Assembly (NCBI RefSeq): GCF_000497125.1
Contig: NC_090602.1
Location: 434,001 to 498,000, forward strand
Origin: Spironucleus salmonicida
Lineage: Eukaryota
Direction: 5' to 3'
DNA: 64,000 nucleotides
Below, one piece after another: positions 12,394 through 27,129 of this stretch. The first letter of the stretch is position 1, and every line of letters begins with the position of its first letter. A model generated the notes under the pieces. It searched no databases, had not been told where the DNA came from, and was given only the letters and a program-made list of their open reading frames with translations. A program made the position numbers and the translations under genes.

Positions 12394-13065
12394 AAAAAAT
12401 AAAACAGTGAATTAGTTTAATTAATAACTTAAAATTCTAAAAATTAGTTGGAAATAATTCAATCAATATCATCAGAGAATTGGAAAATTGTGTATTCCGT
12501 TACATAATATTATTAATTTTTGTAATCTGTTTTTATAGCATACAAACTAAAATTTACTTGAGTTAGAGATTAGAATAAAATTATTTTAATCTCTAAAATT
12601 ATTTAATAAATTAAACTGAGATTTTGATGCGAAAACCAATTGTTACCTTGTCAAAGTTTATTAGTTCTAAATCGCTTTATGATCATTTTCTTAAAATCAA
12701 TGACACTATCTATTTATATTAGTAAAATACACTTCATATTTAGTTTATTTAATAATAATAAGTAACTTGATTTCAATAATATTAGTTGATTTTTCTTTAT
12801 CTAGAAAGTATATTTTTGCAGTTTGTTTACTATTTACTCTCTTGGACTTTTATTAGAAATTGACTAATTTTAAATATTAATAGTATAACTATTGGTAAGA
12901 AATATATATTGGGCCTAAATTTCATTTTTATGATAAACCTTTATAAAATAGTAATATAATATATAATAGTTTAAATGTACAATTTGATACAGTTTAAATT
13001 TTGTTGATAATAATCTCTATTATAGTATATAATATTTATATTTACTTCTTTTGATCTATTAAAAA

Positions 13066-15249
13066 ATGAACGATCGCCAACGTTTATTAAAGTAATTTCC
13101 TACGTACATTAGATTTGTATTTGCATAACACTATGCAAAGAAATGGCAGCATTTATCAATAATTCTTTTCCCAGTAATGTTCTATATCCTTTTAATATCT
13201 CTTAAATATCTACTAATGTGGATGTCTGAAGAACCTATTCCTATAGGCTTTGCAGATTAGGCTTTATCTTTATTTCCAAGCGCATTTATGCCAGGAAAGA
13301 ATTAAAAATAGTATTTGAGTTACAAATAAGATGACAATACTTGGCCCTTAGATACTCTCAATTCAATATGGCCAAATATCCATAGTTATTAGAAACTTGA
13401 TGCATTTTAATATTTAGAAGCTGCTAGTGTTACGATCGGTAGTAAATCAGCTGTAATTGGCCCAATTTAACTATAAGATTTTTCTACTTTAAAAGCAACT
13501 ATTTTTTATAAGCAAATACCTGTTGTTACCTAAGAAGGAAAATTGGTGACTGATGGTACATTTCCTCATGTTTTAGGAGTATTTTATGATTAATGGTAAA
13601 AATCTCAAAAAGCAGCTGGTAATATTACACACGAATTATCATTAGCCACTTTAGGTTGGATTGATATTCCTGATGTTCCATTTATCACTACAAACTTGGT
13701 AAACGATGGGGCGTATCTAATTTTTGTATTCATAAACCATATTTTGCTACCTCTTTGTACAGTTGATATGGTCACGCAAAAGACCTCTGGATTTATGAAT
13801 TTAGTTTATGTATCGGGTTTAAAATAAACTGTTTTTTATACTGCAAATTTCGTATTCTATTATTGCTTTGCTTTAGTAATGAGCCTCATTAATTTTGGTT
13901 TTGCATGTGCATTTGGTTTATCAATTAAAGAAAAAGTTGGTGAAGTAATGGTTCTATCTATTTTCTTCCCATTTTTTGAGCTACCTTTATCATTTTTGTT
14001 TGCCTAAATTTTTACATCTACCTTTACAGCATCTATGGTTATGTGGTTCTCAGTAGTTTTGATTCCATAGTTACTGGTTTTAGTAGCTAATGCCGTTTTG
14101 TTTAAAGAAAACTTTGTTGCGTGGTTTTTACCTTCTGCTGCAATTGTCTATATTAATAATTAAAATCCTGCTATTTAAGAATAAATGACCTCAATTATTA
14201 TTACTATTTCTGTTTAATGTATATTGATTTTTGTGGTAGCTGTGTTTTTAGTAACATTTTTCAATTATGGAAAATAAGTTATTCGTAAAATGAAATAAAA
14301 GAATGTAATAGAATTTGATCAAGAAGTAGCTTAACACTAAGAAATGATTGACGAAACAGAGCAATCTATAGCTCCTATTTAGATTAGTGGAATAACAATG
14401 GCTTTCGGCTCTAAATCAAATCCATTTTATGCACTAGATAAAGTTAATATTGTTGTAAATAAAAATGAAATTAAGGGATTAATTGGGCATAATGGGTCAG
14501 GTAAAACAACTTTAATGAATGTCATTACTGGTGGATTAAAATAGACTTCTGGATAATTCAAAATTTCAGGATTCGTGTGTTATTGTCCTCAGTTTGATTC
14601 TTTACCTAATGATTTTGTTGTAAAAGATATTATTAAGATGTTTAGTGATCTAAGGGCCAGAGATGGAAATATTGATGCCATGTCCGCAGATACTTTAATT
14701 GATTTACTTGATGTTCGTGATTGCTTAAACAAGAAGATAAAAACAGTTTCTTATGGTGATCGACGTAAAATTTAGCTTATTTCAGCCACTGTAAACACTT
14801 TACCATCTGATATAGTTTTGTTAGATGAAGTTACTACTAATCTGTCAAGAAATGATGTAGTAGGTGTTTGGAAAATCTTATAACATCTCAAATCTTCGAA
14901 TTCTTCAGTATTATTTATTTCTCACGATTTAGACGAAGTAGAAACGCTATGTGATAGAATAGTTATGCTTAAGAAAGGTAAAGTAGTTTTAGATGCTGAT
15001 CCAAAGGCAATTATTTAAGATAATGAGTACGATTCAGTTGAAATATTCGAACCTATCAGCTCGATGGGCAGCTTATCATTATTCGGCATAGAAAAAGTTG
15101 GTGTTACTGGAAATTTTAACCACTATATTATTAAGCAAAAGATCGAATCAATCAATAAGAACATTTTAGAGTTCTGTGATGAAAATCACTGTATCATCAA
15201 AAGTGCTGACCTTCAGACTGTTTTCGAGGCGGTTGAAGGTTTAGTCTGA
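13066..15249 (+). CDS. ABC transporter, ABCA-like half-size (TMD-NBD, 727 aa)
   Basis: Multiple TM helices, then GLIGHNGSGKTT (Walker A), YCPQFD (Q-loop), VSYGDRRK (signature), LLDEVTT (Walker B), ISHDLDEVETLCDRI. Confidence 0.92.
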
Positions 15250-15263
15250 ACGAAATATGATTT

Positions 15264-16250
15264 TCACTTCTTTTTTTCTACTACCAATTTACCACTAGCC
15301 TTCAAAATATCTCTTCTATAATCTTTGAACTGCAACCTCTTAATACCTTCAAAAAGCGCTCTGAACTGCCCCAGGTCCATGTATTTTTCACACCCAACCG
15401 CCATTGAAATCACACTCATAATGTCATTAACGCAAGCTGGCGCAAATACCTTATCATCCACCCACTTCTTTCCGTTCCAGGTACCACCCTGTTGTTCAAG
15501 CTTGATCTTCTCACTGATTTCGATCTGCTCCTTCACGTACTGCTTGTGCTGCTGATAGTCCTCTATCATCTCGATTTGATCCTGAAACTCGTCGTAGCTC
15601 TGATTGATCAGTTCGCCCAACAAGTCAATGGGGATAACGTCATTTTCGTCCTTTGCGCCCAGCAATTTGAACGCTTCGAGGCCGATATCGATAGAATCCA
15701 CCTGAGCCACTCTGTAGTTTAGTATGTCAATAATTTCAGTTGCGCAAAGAGACTGGAGCTAAATATCTCGCTGTGCCTTCGTTTTGGCAAAATTTCGTGA
15801 TTTTCCATCCTCGCAAAATGGCTCTCTGAGCAATGAGGACGCTTGGTGGTAGGAGATTGGATTTACGTTTTTCATGCGCTAAAATAGTGCCTGAGATGTT
15901 ATTACGTTAAATGGGTTATTGGAACCTCGTGCACCTGAAAAGAATGTGCAACCGTACGCAATTTCATTTTAGAGTGCCTACTGAGACTGCCTTTGCTCTT
16001 ATGTCGTTGATAAATTTGTGATTTGTGGTAAGGGAGTCGGTGGTTTAGAAATTGGTCTTGAGAGTTGTGGTAGTGGAGTTTGAGGTTTTGATGGTTAGTT
16101 TGATATGTTTAAGTCTTGCTCTGTCATATCATCGTTTGGTGTATTATCATTTTCTTATTATGAATTTTAAGATACTTCTTCTTACTCTTCCATGTTTTGA
16201 GGTGTTTCTGGTAGTTCTTATAATGATTGTGGTTGGTCCGAGGTTGACAT
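15264..16250 (-). CDS. hypothetical protein (328 aa), possible degenerate EF-hand C-terminus
   Basis: Extends the 15264-15710 track ORF; EAFKLLGAKDENDVIPIDLL; AGTGA stop. Confidence 0.7.
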
Positions 16251-16321
16251 TAATTTTTGCGGTTCTATAAAATTATTAATTAATATATATTTATTAATCG
16301 AATTGTTTTTTCTTTCCTCCA

Positions 16322-16636
16322 ATGCGTCTTACGTGTTTGCTTCTTGTAGCATGTCCCAATTGCTAAGGAGAATTAAAAGCCAGTGTAGAATCTTTTGAAG
16401 TTAACGATATAAATGATGAATTTGCATAAATAAAAGTCAAAAAAATCATAGAAAAATTTGGGGAAACTATTATTAGAAATATGATTACAGATTTATAATG
16501 GGATTAACCGTAAACGTAATAGGAATGGATACAAATTTTATTATAAAAATCAATATTAGATGGAACTCTTAAGTGTGTAAAATGTGATAAAACATACAAA
16601 ATCATTAAAAGGCTTCCTATTTTTGTGGATGAGTGA
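16322..16636 (+). CDS. TRM112: Trm112 methyltransferase activator (104 aa)
   Basis: MRLTCLLLVACPNC...ILDGTLKCVKCDKTYKIIKRLPIFV: split Zn knuckle typical of Trm112. Confidence 0.85.
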
Positions 16637-16651
16637 GAGACTTTATCATCA

Positions 16652-17068
16652 ATGATTGACTTAATACTTTAACTGGCTACTAGATATGTATCCGTTTTAA
16701 AGCATCTTGGTATCTTATTTAAGAAGTTTAAGGGTAACCTCCAGCAAATTTTCCATTTATTGATAAGTCTAAATTTTAATGCAACATTTGAGTATGATTA
16801 AAAACATTATTATGAGTTTTAAATTGTAAGTAATCATTTTACTATATTGTTAAAGGTTTATTTTTCCTAAATGTATTTGTTGATTCATAAATATTTTACT
16901 TAGGTGTATACTAAATAAGTGGAGAGTGTAAAAGGTTATCATAACTTTATATAGGACTACTGTTATACCTTAGTGATCTTTAAGTTGGCTAGATATTATA
17001 AGAAGTAGCATACTTATTAATAATTGTTATTTACATATTCATTTTAACAATAATTAATATCAAATTGA
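16652..17068 (+). CDS. hypothetical protein (138 aa)
   Basis: ATG 15 nt after the Trm112 stop; open to TGA at 17066. Confidence 0.35.
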
Positions 17069-17587
17069 TATCATATTATTATACATAATATATTTAATAC
17101 ATTTCATTATATGAAAGAATCGCACAAGAGAACGTTAAGATTGTTATTATTTATCATGAGTATTGCTTACATCGTTTAAACTAAATTATTCATTTAGATT
17201 TCATCATTTGAGAACATATAAAAAAGAGGAATTTGGATTTAAAATTTTATAGAAAATAGAGTAAGAGAACAATTGAATTATATAATGTTAAACACAAAAA
17301 CAGCCATTCTGCTATATCTTTGTATTATTATATTAGTATATTAGAAATAATACCTTATAAATATACTCATTTTTATTGGTAGAGGAATTTAAATTTTCTC
17401 GAATCTTATATGTGAAGTTTTCTTATAAACGTTAATTTCCCTAATAGATGTGATATGATATTATTTTATTATAATTATTATAGTTTTGGAACAAACAAGA
17501 TTCAATTTTATATTCCAATAGATGTAATTTAATATTTATATTTATGTTATTATATATTATACTATTAAATTAGTTCCGCAATTTTTA

Positions 17588-18511
17588 ATGTCTTTAGACG
17601 CATCACTGCAAACTTATCTAGATTAACATTAAATTTATTCATAGCTTTAAACTTCATTAGAAGAAATGGTACGTGTATTACCACCATCGCCTGTAGACTT
17701 TTTAGCTGACTTTTTTGCGAAAATACCGAAATCTTCTGAATCAACTCGCGAAACTAAGCGTGTGGTACTTTTAGGTCCTCCTGGATGTGGTAAAGGAACT
17801 CAGGCTAAACACTTGTAGTAAAACTACAACTTACATTAAATTTCTCCAGGAAATCTATTGAGAGCCGAAATTTCATAAAAATCGGCTTTAGGAATGTAAG
17901 CTAAGGAGTTTATGGATGCAGGAAAATTAGTTCCTGATTCAATAGTAATCGAGTTAATTTCAAATTATACTAAAACCCTTTCTAAGAGCTAAGGATGGTT
18001 CTTTGATGGTTTTCCTAGAACAGAACTCTAAGCGTATGCATTAAAAGCTGATAAATCTTTAATTCCAACTCACGTTATAGAGTTTGTGGTTAATCAAGAG
18101 GAAGTAATTTCTAGAATTGGAGGAAGACGTTTTGATCCGATTACAAGTGTGACTTATCATATAACAAATGATCCTCCTCCAGCAGGAGAAGTAGCAAGCA
18201 GATGTATTATCAGAGATGATGATAAGGAGTAAGTTGTAAAAGATAGATTCAGAGTATATAATTCGAGTCTTTAAGGTATCAGAGAAGTTTTTGGTCATCA
18301 ACTAACTATTATTAATGTAAATGGCTTAGGAATTAAAGATGTGGCGGTTCTCTTAGACAACATATTGAATGCTCCTCCTTAAATAAAAAATCCCTAGACA
18401 AGAGAAATCATTCCTAGAGGCCCAGGAATAGTTAATGGAGAACAAGAATAATAAGATTGGAACATTGCAACTGCTAATAATGATAGACCTAAAATTGAGG
18501 AAATCGAGTGA
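17588..18511 (+). CDS. adenylate kinase with N-terminal RIIa/Dpy-30-like domain (307 aa)
   Basis: YLDQHQIYSQLQTSLEEMVRVLPPSPVDFL; VVLLGPPGCGKGTQ; GKLVPD; GWFFDGFPRT; LID segment RRFDPITSVTYH; RDDD. Confidence 0.92.
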
Positions 18512-18521
18512 AAACATCAAA

Positions 18522-18962
18522 TCAGTATCCATGTTATTCGGCCAAGGTATTAGCTTCTGTTACACTTGCTACTACTTTTTTAGAGCTTTCTATTAAATAT
18601 CCAGCCACAACAACCTCATCTAATATATTAAATGCTTTGCTGTAATTAAATATTAGATCAAGTTCACATACTTATCCAAAATGTTTATCTAAGCATTCTA
18701 CATAAAATTGAATAGCTTCTAGAGCAATAAGTTCGTTATCATCATCATCTACACAGAAAATAAAAAACAAAGAAGCATAACGTTTGAAAATGATTTTTTT
18801 GTCTCTCCATTCAATGACGTTACATCCTTTTGACACTCTTTCGGTGACTTATTAAGATACTTCTTATATGATCTTAGCTCTTTGACTAAAGGGAGTGTTA
18901 TCATAGAATTATACTAAACGGGTTTTTCTCAACTTATTCACTAATAAAACAAAGTTTATCAT
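18522..18962 (-). CDS. clathrin adaptor small (sigma) subunit, most like AP-1 sigma (146 aa)
   Basis: MINFVLLVNKLRKTRL, EWRDKKIIFKRYASLFF, DNELIALEAI, VCELDLIFN. Confidence 0.93.
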
Positions 18963-19031
18963 TTGATTTAGAGTGAATAGTAATATAAATTCATAATAAT
19001 TACTATATTATTGATATACAAATTCAATTTA

Positions 19032-19289
19032 TCACTTAACAGGATTTCCCATCATATCAAACTTTGGCATAAACGGCATGACACAATCGATAACTAAAAT
19101 TTAATTGAAGACGGCGACGGGCTTCTTTGCATCTTTTGCTTTTACTTTTATAGCGGGAGAAGTAGGTACATGTTCTAGGCTTGCAATAAGGTCTTTCTCA
19201 ATAGGTAATTATTTAGCTTGCATTTCTTATACCTACGCATGCATTATAAGATGCTTCTCTATTATGTCTTCCATATGTGTTTGTTTCAT
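19032..19289 (-). CDS. small hypothetical protein (85 aa)
   Basis: MKQTHMEDIIEKHL...PKFDMMGNPVK; AGTGA stop. Confidence 0.65.
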
Positions 19290-19841
19290 TTAAAATAATT
19301 AATATTAAATTATTGAGTAATAAGATATACAATTTATAATGAACGAGATGGATTAAAACTGCATTTTTTTGCAAACTGAATTTTTTTAGGCATATCCAGA
19401 TCTTAAAAGCGACCCTAAAATATGTTAGTTTTAGCACGAGGATCATAATTTAGTCTATGTCCCATATTTATAGCATCATTAGAAAATTTAAAATATAGAT
19501 AAACTCTAGCAGCAATATGATCAATTATATAAAGATACAGTAGAAACACTATTTATCTTATCAAATAATGAAAATTGTACGATTTAAGATATTATAGATT
19601 AGAGAAAGTATGGTTTCGAGTTATAAGCAGAAAATAGTATAAGTGACGATTGATAGTACTTAAATATAACAGTATATATTATGATGAATTTTTATTCACA
19701 CAACAATTACATATTGTTAAGTATATAATTTAATACTTTGCAAACTCCATATACTAATTTCCCAGTAAAAATGTAATACCTATGAATACATAATTACGTA
19801 ATATTGTTAAATAAATCACCATTCCATAATTTCATTTAAAA

Positions 19842-20483
19842 ATGTCAATTCTCTACACATGTATAGCTAGATAGGACACAGTTTTAGCCCATTAAGGCAA
19901 GGATGATCGCTAGAAGAAACAGTTTTTTGGTTCCCTTAAAGAAATCTTAGCCTCATTCGGTGCGCAAGATAACATGCGCGCTTCAAAGCAGCAAAATAAT
20001 ATGTTTTTCTACGTCTTGATACAAAATGGCGTGACATTCCTAACGTTTACTGAGTCTAATGTCCAAAAAGGTGCAGCATACGGCATGTTATCAGAAATTG
20101 CGAATCAGTTCTCCTCTAGATATCAGCCATCAGCCTACAAGTTCGCTCAAGAGCTCTCCATGGACGGTGAAATGCGGGACATTCTTAACCAAAACATGAA
20201 GAATATAGTTAAGTTTTCGAGTAAAACCAACGAGTTGCAGTCGAATCTTGACGAGGTTAAAGGTCTCGTTATGGACAACATAGCGAAAGTAATGGAAAGA
20301 GCCCAGAATCTCGACCAGATCGCCGATTCAGCGTTGCAGCTTCGTGATAATGCCGAGGACTTTGTTGTCAGCACGAACAAGGTCAAGAACCAAATGCTAA
20401 AGAAGAAAATCATGATGATCGTCGGAATCGTTATTGCTGTTATCGTAGTCATTCTGGTCATCGTACTGCCCTTCGTGATTTGA
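19842..20483 (+). CDS. VAMP7: VAMP7-like longin R-SNARE (213 aa)
   Basis: MSILYTCIARQDTVLA longin start; VKGLVMDNIAKVMERAQNLD (zero-layer R); C-terminal TM. Confidence 0.9.
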
Positions 20484-20491
20484 TTTTGTTT

Positions 20492-21631
20492 TCATTCCAA
20501 AAAGTCTATCCGTTGCCGCGTCTGTACGAACTCCTCAATCTGTGACTTCGTCAAGACCGAAACGGTGTTGAAATACGCGCAAAATGAGTCGTGGATGAGC
20601 TCGTCTAAAACTGAATCGATCAATTTTGCGCTATAAGCTGGATCACAGTGTCGGAATTTGTTACCAAGGGGAGAATTTTTATGCATTGTAAAGCTTATTT
20701 TATCTTTAAGGAGTTTTTATTTTGTAGAATGAGATATAGAAGGCAAGTAATATACTGGCAGTTGGGGAGGTTTTAATAGCAAGCTTTGTTCGTGATTTGG
20801 CTCTGGTTGTGCAGGTTTTACAGCTTAAACAACCTAGTGATAATAATTTACTATATCCGATTATTATGCCTTTTCTACACTGGAAATAATGCTTTAAGCT
20901 TAAATTAGCTAGTTTGATGTTTAAAATTTTGCAGAAACCGGCTAGTTTAGCGAAGGAATCTTAGTTATGAGTATCTACTCTTTAGAGAATTATGTAAGTT
21001 GGTTTGTGACGTAAGGCTCTTGGTTGTCAATATTTTGTGTTTGAGAAATATGTTTTTCGGCATGGAGGCTTGAGATGTTAAGTTAATTTTAGTTATTTTC
21101 CGTAGTTAATGTAGTGTTTATAATTACTTGATCTGTGTTGAATTATCTATCTATCATATTTATTTTTTATTGAATTACTATAGGTTAATGCTAATTTTGC
21201 TAGGTCTACTCGGTTGAATTTTAGATTGATTTATCCGTTTTTTAAGTATGATTTAATTTTTTAATCAATTTAATGGTATTTTTATCTTTTTTAATTAGAT
21301 CACATACCCAATCTCTAGCTCGTAATAATTATTTTTAAAGGTCTAATAGTTATATACGGCTAAACTAAAATAAAGCTTTATTTACGTCTATTGATTCTTA
21401 ATAAATTAAATCTATTGTAGAAATAGCATTTTATTTTAATATTTCCTTAATTTCTTAGGTGTAACTGTTAAATATGATTTGAAATTATAATTTATTATCA
21501 ATAATATCTATTTCCTTCTCAGAAAATATAATTAGTTTAGTTTTAGGGATTCGATACATGCCATTATAAATTGAAGTATATGATTGATTGATAATATGTT
21601 TATTTGTAATGTGTAATTTCATATATTTCAT
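20492..21631 (-). CDS. hypothetical protein (~379 aa; start uncertain)
   Basis: Frame of the 20492-20686 track ORF extends to in-frame ATGs at 21157, 21559 and 21631. Confidence 0.6.
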
Positions 21632-21682
21632 TTTTGAAATTTATAATATGAATTATAGAATATATAAATGAATAAAATAAAA

Positions 21683-23191
21683 TCATAAATTTAATTCTTA
21701 TTCAGCAGCTTCTAAAGCTGTTTAAAGATACAAACCTAATTATTTTTCAAATAATTCATTAAATATATCATCCGAAATATGAGCCCCTATTGTTGATTTT
21801 CTAATATCTTTTCTAAATCTCAAATGGCTGCTGTTAGCCTCTTACATATCATGTTAATCTTGTTTTAACTTCCTTACAACATCTTTTCCTATTTATGGTA
21901 AAAACACTTTGACTCCAGATACTTCAGGTTCTTCTCTATTTTGTCTTTATTTTTTGATATCTTTAAGCTTTTATTGGTAATCGTCTTCATAATAGGTTAA
22001 TTATTGTTATTAGTTGACTTATCTTTTACTAACTGGGCGTTATACTTCTGGTTCATTAATATACTCATATTTATCGTAATTTTAATCTTAATCAAAATTA
22101 TCGTAAGTTTCAATATCTTATATTTAATTTTACAATTACTAAAGATATTCTTATTTTTATTATTATGGATTTTTTGCCACATCATCGTAAGTTTATTTTC
22201 TCTTCTTATGTTATTACATAAGTTGAGGAGTTGTTTACATTTCTTAATAAGTAACATCATCCACTATATTTTTAATTATTTCTCTTTTCTCTCTATCAGT
22301 GTGCGGTAATTTATCTACATGATCAGATCTTTTTCTTTATGGACAAATAATTCGTTATTTACCCTCAAGAGATCTACTGTTTACATAATTTTAATTGTAT
22401 AATTCATCAATATTTGATTAATATGGCGGATTAATCTCAGTGGATCTGATATCGGCTTGTCTTGCTTATTTTGGGGCTGTAACAATTTACTCAGTTATTT
22501 AACTTTAATGGATGTATCTGTTTGGATACTCATCATGATCGGAGTGATATGAATTGTTTGACTTGTTAAGTTGATTATTGATTTCTTTCAATCTAACATA
22601 TTCTTACCTAGCATTTTCATCATTAATTTTTAATTTTTATATTTTCATTCTTTCTTCAATCTATTTGGCTCTGATGTTTTATTATACTACTTGGTTTTAT
22701 TCTTCTCTTTACATTTACTAAATCTATTATGATAAAATGGCCTCTTATTCTTTTTACTAATAAGATGCCGAATTTTCTGATTTAAATTTTTACAATTCTT
22801 TTCTAACAGTAACTAATTCATTCATTAACTCAAGTTATTAAGTATGTGATAATATTTATGCTGCCTCTTCTAATTACAAATCATGTGAAACTTTAACATT
22901 CTCTTTTTTATCATTATCACGAAGTACAGATTTTAATAAATTTAGTTGAGCTTAAACCTCATCTAATAGCATTTCTTTGTGGTCAGTATTTTAAGCTGGT
23001 TTTAAGTCCTCCTCAGTTAAGATTCCTATTTTCGTTCCTGGAATTTAATAAGGTTCATTTGAAACTGGAATATGAAATACATTAACTTCCTCTATAGGTT
23101 ATGCTGTTGATTTGATAATAAACTGATTTTATGCATTTTGTTATTTTTTCTTTGCCATAAGATACAATGAAAATGATGGAGGAATTTGCAT
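21683..23191 (-). CDS. coiled-coil hypothetical protein (502 aa)
   Basis: MQIPPSFSLYLMAKKKQ...; Q/E/K-rich; CACTCC motif upstream. Confidence 0.7.
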
Positions 23192-23255
23192 TATTGAAAT
23201 TAGGAGTGTTAATTTATTATTGATATATTATATTTTTATTTTTATTTTATTTCTA

Positions 23256-26200
23256 ATGAGATCTGTGTCGCCACTTTCGAATTTAGATACACTTACAATT
23301 TCATCAGAAGATTCGACCTAAGAACCATTAAATAAGTCTCTTATCATATCTTTGAATTAATCTGCCTTATTTACTTCATAAATAGGCTAAAAAGAAATTA
23401 ATAATAGAGTATTTGGTTTAGCTAAAGATTTACAATAAATATTATCCCCTACTATTGGAAATATTACATCAATTTTCAAAGTGGATAATATTCCCCGTCT
23501 TAGGCTAATTTTTTAACGATGGCAAAAATAATATCAGAAATATTAGTCAATAAAATATTAGATCCGACCAATATTTGATTTATGGAGGGAATTATCTTTT
23601 GATCGACAAGTTAACAAAATTTAAGAGGTATTAAATATCAAACTAGTATTCAGATCTTTCATTGCTATAAAATACTTATATAAATAAAGTAAGTAATTAG
23701 AATAATATAATAAGAAAAGACAGTACATGATTACAAATTACTTTTTTCAACATATTATTAATAGATATAATCGTTTTTAAATAATAGAATATAATGGTTA
23801 GATAAAGTAATTATCAAAATATTTTACAACTTTGAAATAATTCTTTATAAAATAAGCTAATATGCTTTAACATATAAAACATCATGAGATATCTCATTAT
23901 TTTGTCAATTGGAGGAATCATATAAAAGGAATTAATTATTATAATAAAAGCCTATTGATGTTTGGTCTATAAAAATTAATCTAGTTATGTGTAATTAGAC
24001 TTGTTACTTATGATTAAAATTATGATAGAATAGTATTAAGTAAAAAATTTATAGAAATTTCAAAAAATATTCATTAGAATAAAAAAATCTAATGTGATGT
24101 TAGTAATTAAATGTAAGACTATGTTATATAAACTGATATTGATAAAGATCTTGGGATGTACAAAAAATTTGTATAGAAGATCGAATTTTAAGATGAAAAT
24201 AAATAAGATATTAAAAGATTAATCTATAAGGCTAAAAACGAATAGTAATTAGGCAACCATACTACTGATAGTTTTAAGTCTTAGCTCAATGGCAATTCAG
24301 TAGAACAAAGTGATTCTCAAATATAACTAACTGTTTAAAGTCCTTATAACAATCCTAATAACATCGATATCTCATAATCTTTAAATGAAAATACTGGAGA
24401 GAACGTACATAATAATTTAGAAAATCTATAACATACTGAAAATATTAATTAGTTAGAAGAATTTCTCAATTAGGTTGAAACTTATTAAAATGATTGTCAT
24501 AAATTAACTAATACAACTGAAGAATCACGTCTGATTGACTAACTAAATTTATACAAAACTAAACTTAAAAATTTGGATTAAAAGGATCTTCTTACTTAAG
24601 ATTTAATAAATAGAACAACAAAAATCGATGATGGATCATCTATTTATGAAGATAAGGATAAGTTAAATAATTTTATTAAAAACTAACAATATCCATAGTC
24701 AACAAGCTATCAAATTAATGATTTATACGATTAACTTAAAAAATATAGTTATAAATCTGAGTTTCCAGATAATTTACTTTTTAAAAGAAAATAATAGGCA
24801 AAGTGTAGTGTTCCAGAATAAGAGCCCTCGGATAAAAAATTTATTTCAACTTTAACTAGACAACAATGTATTGTTAAATCACTATTATTTATTATAAATA
24901 GAAATCTCAAACTCAAAATATTAACAAGTTGGCGTATTATTATGCTTAAAAAATAATCTTATAACATAAAAAATGATTTAGCACTGCGATTTTTTAAATT
25001 CAAAATATAAGATAAGTTCTTTTAAATTGTAAAAAAGTAGTATTTCTATCTTAAAAATAAAGAATATGTTTTATAACGAGCTAGATAAGCAGTTCAATTT
25101 ATTCAAAAATAGTTTTGTATCAGAATTTTACACATTAACGCAGTTACTAGCAAGCTTTTAAACATAAAATATTTATATATCTCACATATGAATTTAAAAA
25201 AACTTAAAATTAAATCTTTTACAGAAATTTACAGTAAATATAAGCGATTAACAAATGCTACGTTTAGATTGAAACTGATCCAAAAACATATGAAAAAACT
25301 TACACTTCTCTCAATTTTTTAATAATTAATATCTGTTTATGATCAGATTTAGAACTTATATTTAAAAGCAGATAATTTTATTTTCTAGTCTAATAATTTT
25401 ATCGCTATTCTAAGTTTTAACGTTTGGAGATAGAAATTATCATCACAATAATCCGCAAACTTTGCATTCTAAGATATCTACAATCAATTTGTAACTAAGT
25501 ATATTCCGTATTCCTAAGATCTCTAGAATCAGTTTTGTAACTAAAAAGCTATATAATATGACATTATTGAACCTATAGAGGTTCATATTTTAACCCCGGG
25601 CAACTGGCTTCACAACTATCAAAAAATCTTCAAAAATTGGCACAAGTATTCCATTTTCACTCAATTAGAACAAAAAATTATCGTATCGCGTCAATTATCA
25701 GTAAAATAACAAACATTTGTTAAATTTTTGCTTCTTATTAAGTGCCAAAACTTAGTTAAAACTACTGAATTTTACAGGAAAAAACTCATTTTCAACTACC
25801 TCAATCGATCGTTTTCCACAACTATCAAAACGTTAGATTTCATCGAAAATCGATTACTTAAGATAAAATGCACAACCTTCGATTTATGGTTTCAACTAAC
25901 AGAAAAAGTTAACTTTTTGAGTAAAAATGAAGTGGAAATTGATATCAATTTAAAGTTCAATCTCAAGAAACGCTTTTTTAAAAAAATGATAAATTTTTAC
26001 AGAAAGAATTTAGAGCTGGAGACGCTGAAACAGCAAATTCTGACTCGTAAAATATTCTTCACGAAGTACAAATTTATGTTCATTTTAGGTTCTTTCAGCA
26101 AGCGAAAGTCACTTACTGGCGAAGCGAAAAATCAATTTTAATGTCTATTTTCGCCAATATATATTTTTAGCAAATTGTGCGTTTTCAAGAAAATTCAAAT

Positions 26201-26438
26201 TGAATATCATTTTCCACTTCTTTTTTTCGATTTCAAAATCTCATATCTGTGCGCAAAAGCCAAAGTTTCCAGCGTATTCTCCCCACAAATCGAGCGTCTA
26301 AAATCGTAGTTGCACGCAAAAATCCTCACTGGCCAGCTAGCTCAAAACTACCCCACTGCCATCCCAGACACGCTCTCGCTGAGCACGCTAGACCTCAAAA
26401 TGGACGCCATCCAGCAACGTCTGGAAAACTTGAAGTGA
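23256..26438 (+). CDS. large helical protein with scattered F-x-x-W motifs, possibly Sfi1-like (1060 aa)
   Basis: Includes track ORF 25728-26141 in frame; IFQRWQK, IFDLWR, SFNVWR, IFKNWHK, TFDLWF; AGTGA stop. Confidence 0.6.
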
Positions 26439-26448
26439 TCAAAATTGG

Positions 26449-27081
26449 TCAGTGGCTCCTCCTCTCATCGTCGATGATGCTCTCCACAATCTGCCTCTCC
26501 TCCTTCGCATTCGTGTTGCTCCTCTCGACTACCTTTAGGATTTCGTCGATTTTGTACACAGCTATTGACCTCTCGGTTCCTGTATACTCTGTGTCGTTCT
26601 TCGGCCATTGCCGGTACTGCTCAGGGTTTAGGTGGTGTTTTAGGCCTGATAGGCGCTGCTGAGGCTCGATTTTGCAAAGCTGCGTGTAAAAGGCTTATCG
26701 AGGCCGTGCAAACACTAGCAGATCATTTTTCAGTAGTCTAGAGTACGGCTAGTCTGGCTTTATCTCAATGAAAACTGGGAAGAATTGCGGGGCCACGGTA
26801 TCGTCAGTGAAGTAGACGTGAATGAAGGCGGTGAATGAACTCACACCGAATACTGAAATCTCGTACGGTGGGTCCAAAATTGATCGCTAGGGCTTGCTAA
26901 AAGACGGGTCTATAATGAAAGTAACCTTTTTGATAAAGTGAGATAATTCAAGATTTTGTGATGATTAGAAAAATAGTGACCAATAGTGCCATAAATCCCC
27001 ATCATCCGTCTTTTTGAGTTCTTTTCGCACAAAACCGTACTAGATACCTTTGATAATTATCTTATCTACAAATTCACTCAT
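26449..27081 (-). CDS. YEATS-domain protein, Yaf9/GAS41-like (210 aa)
   Basis: WHYWSLFF, FIKKVTFIIDPSFSKPQRSILDPPYEISVFGVSSFTAFIHVYF; C-terminal coiled coil. Confidence 0.85.
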
Positions 27082-27129
27082 TTAAAGAAAAGGGAAATAC
27101 TTATATTATATAATATATAATAGTAAATG

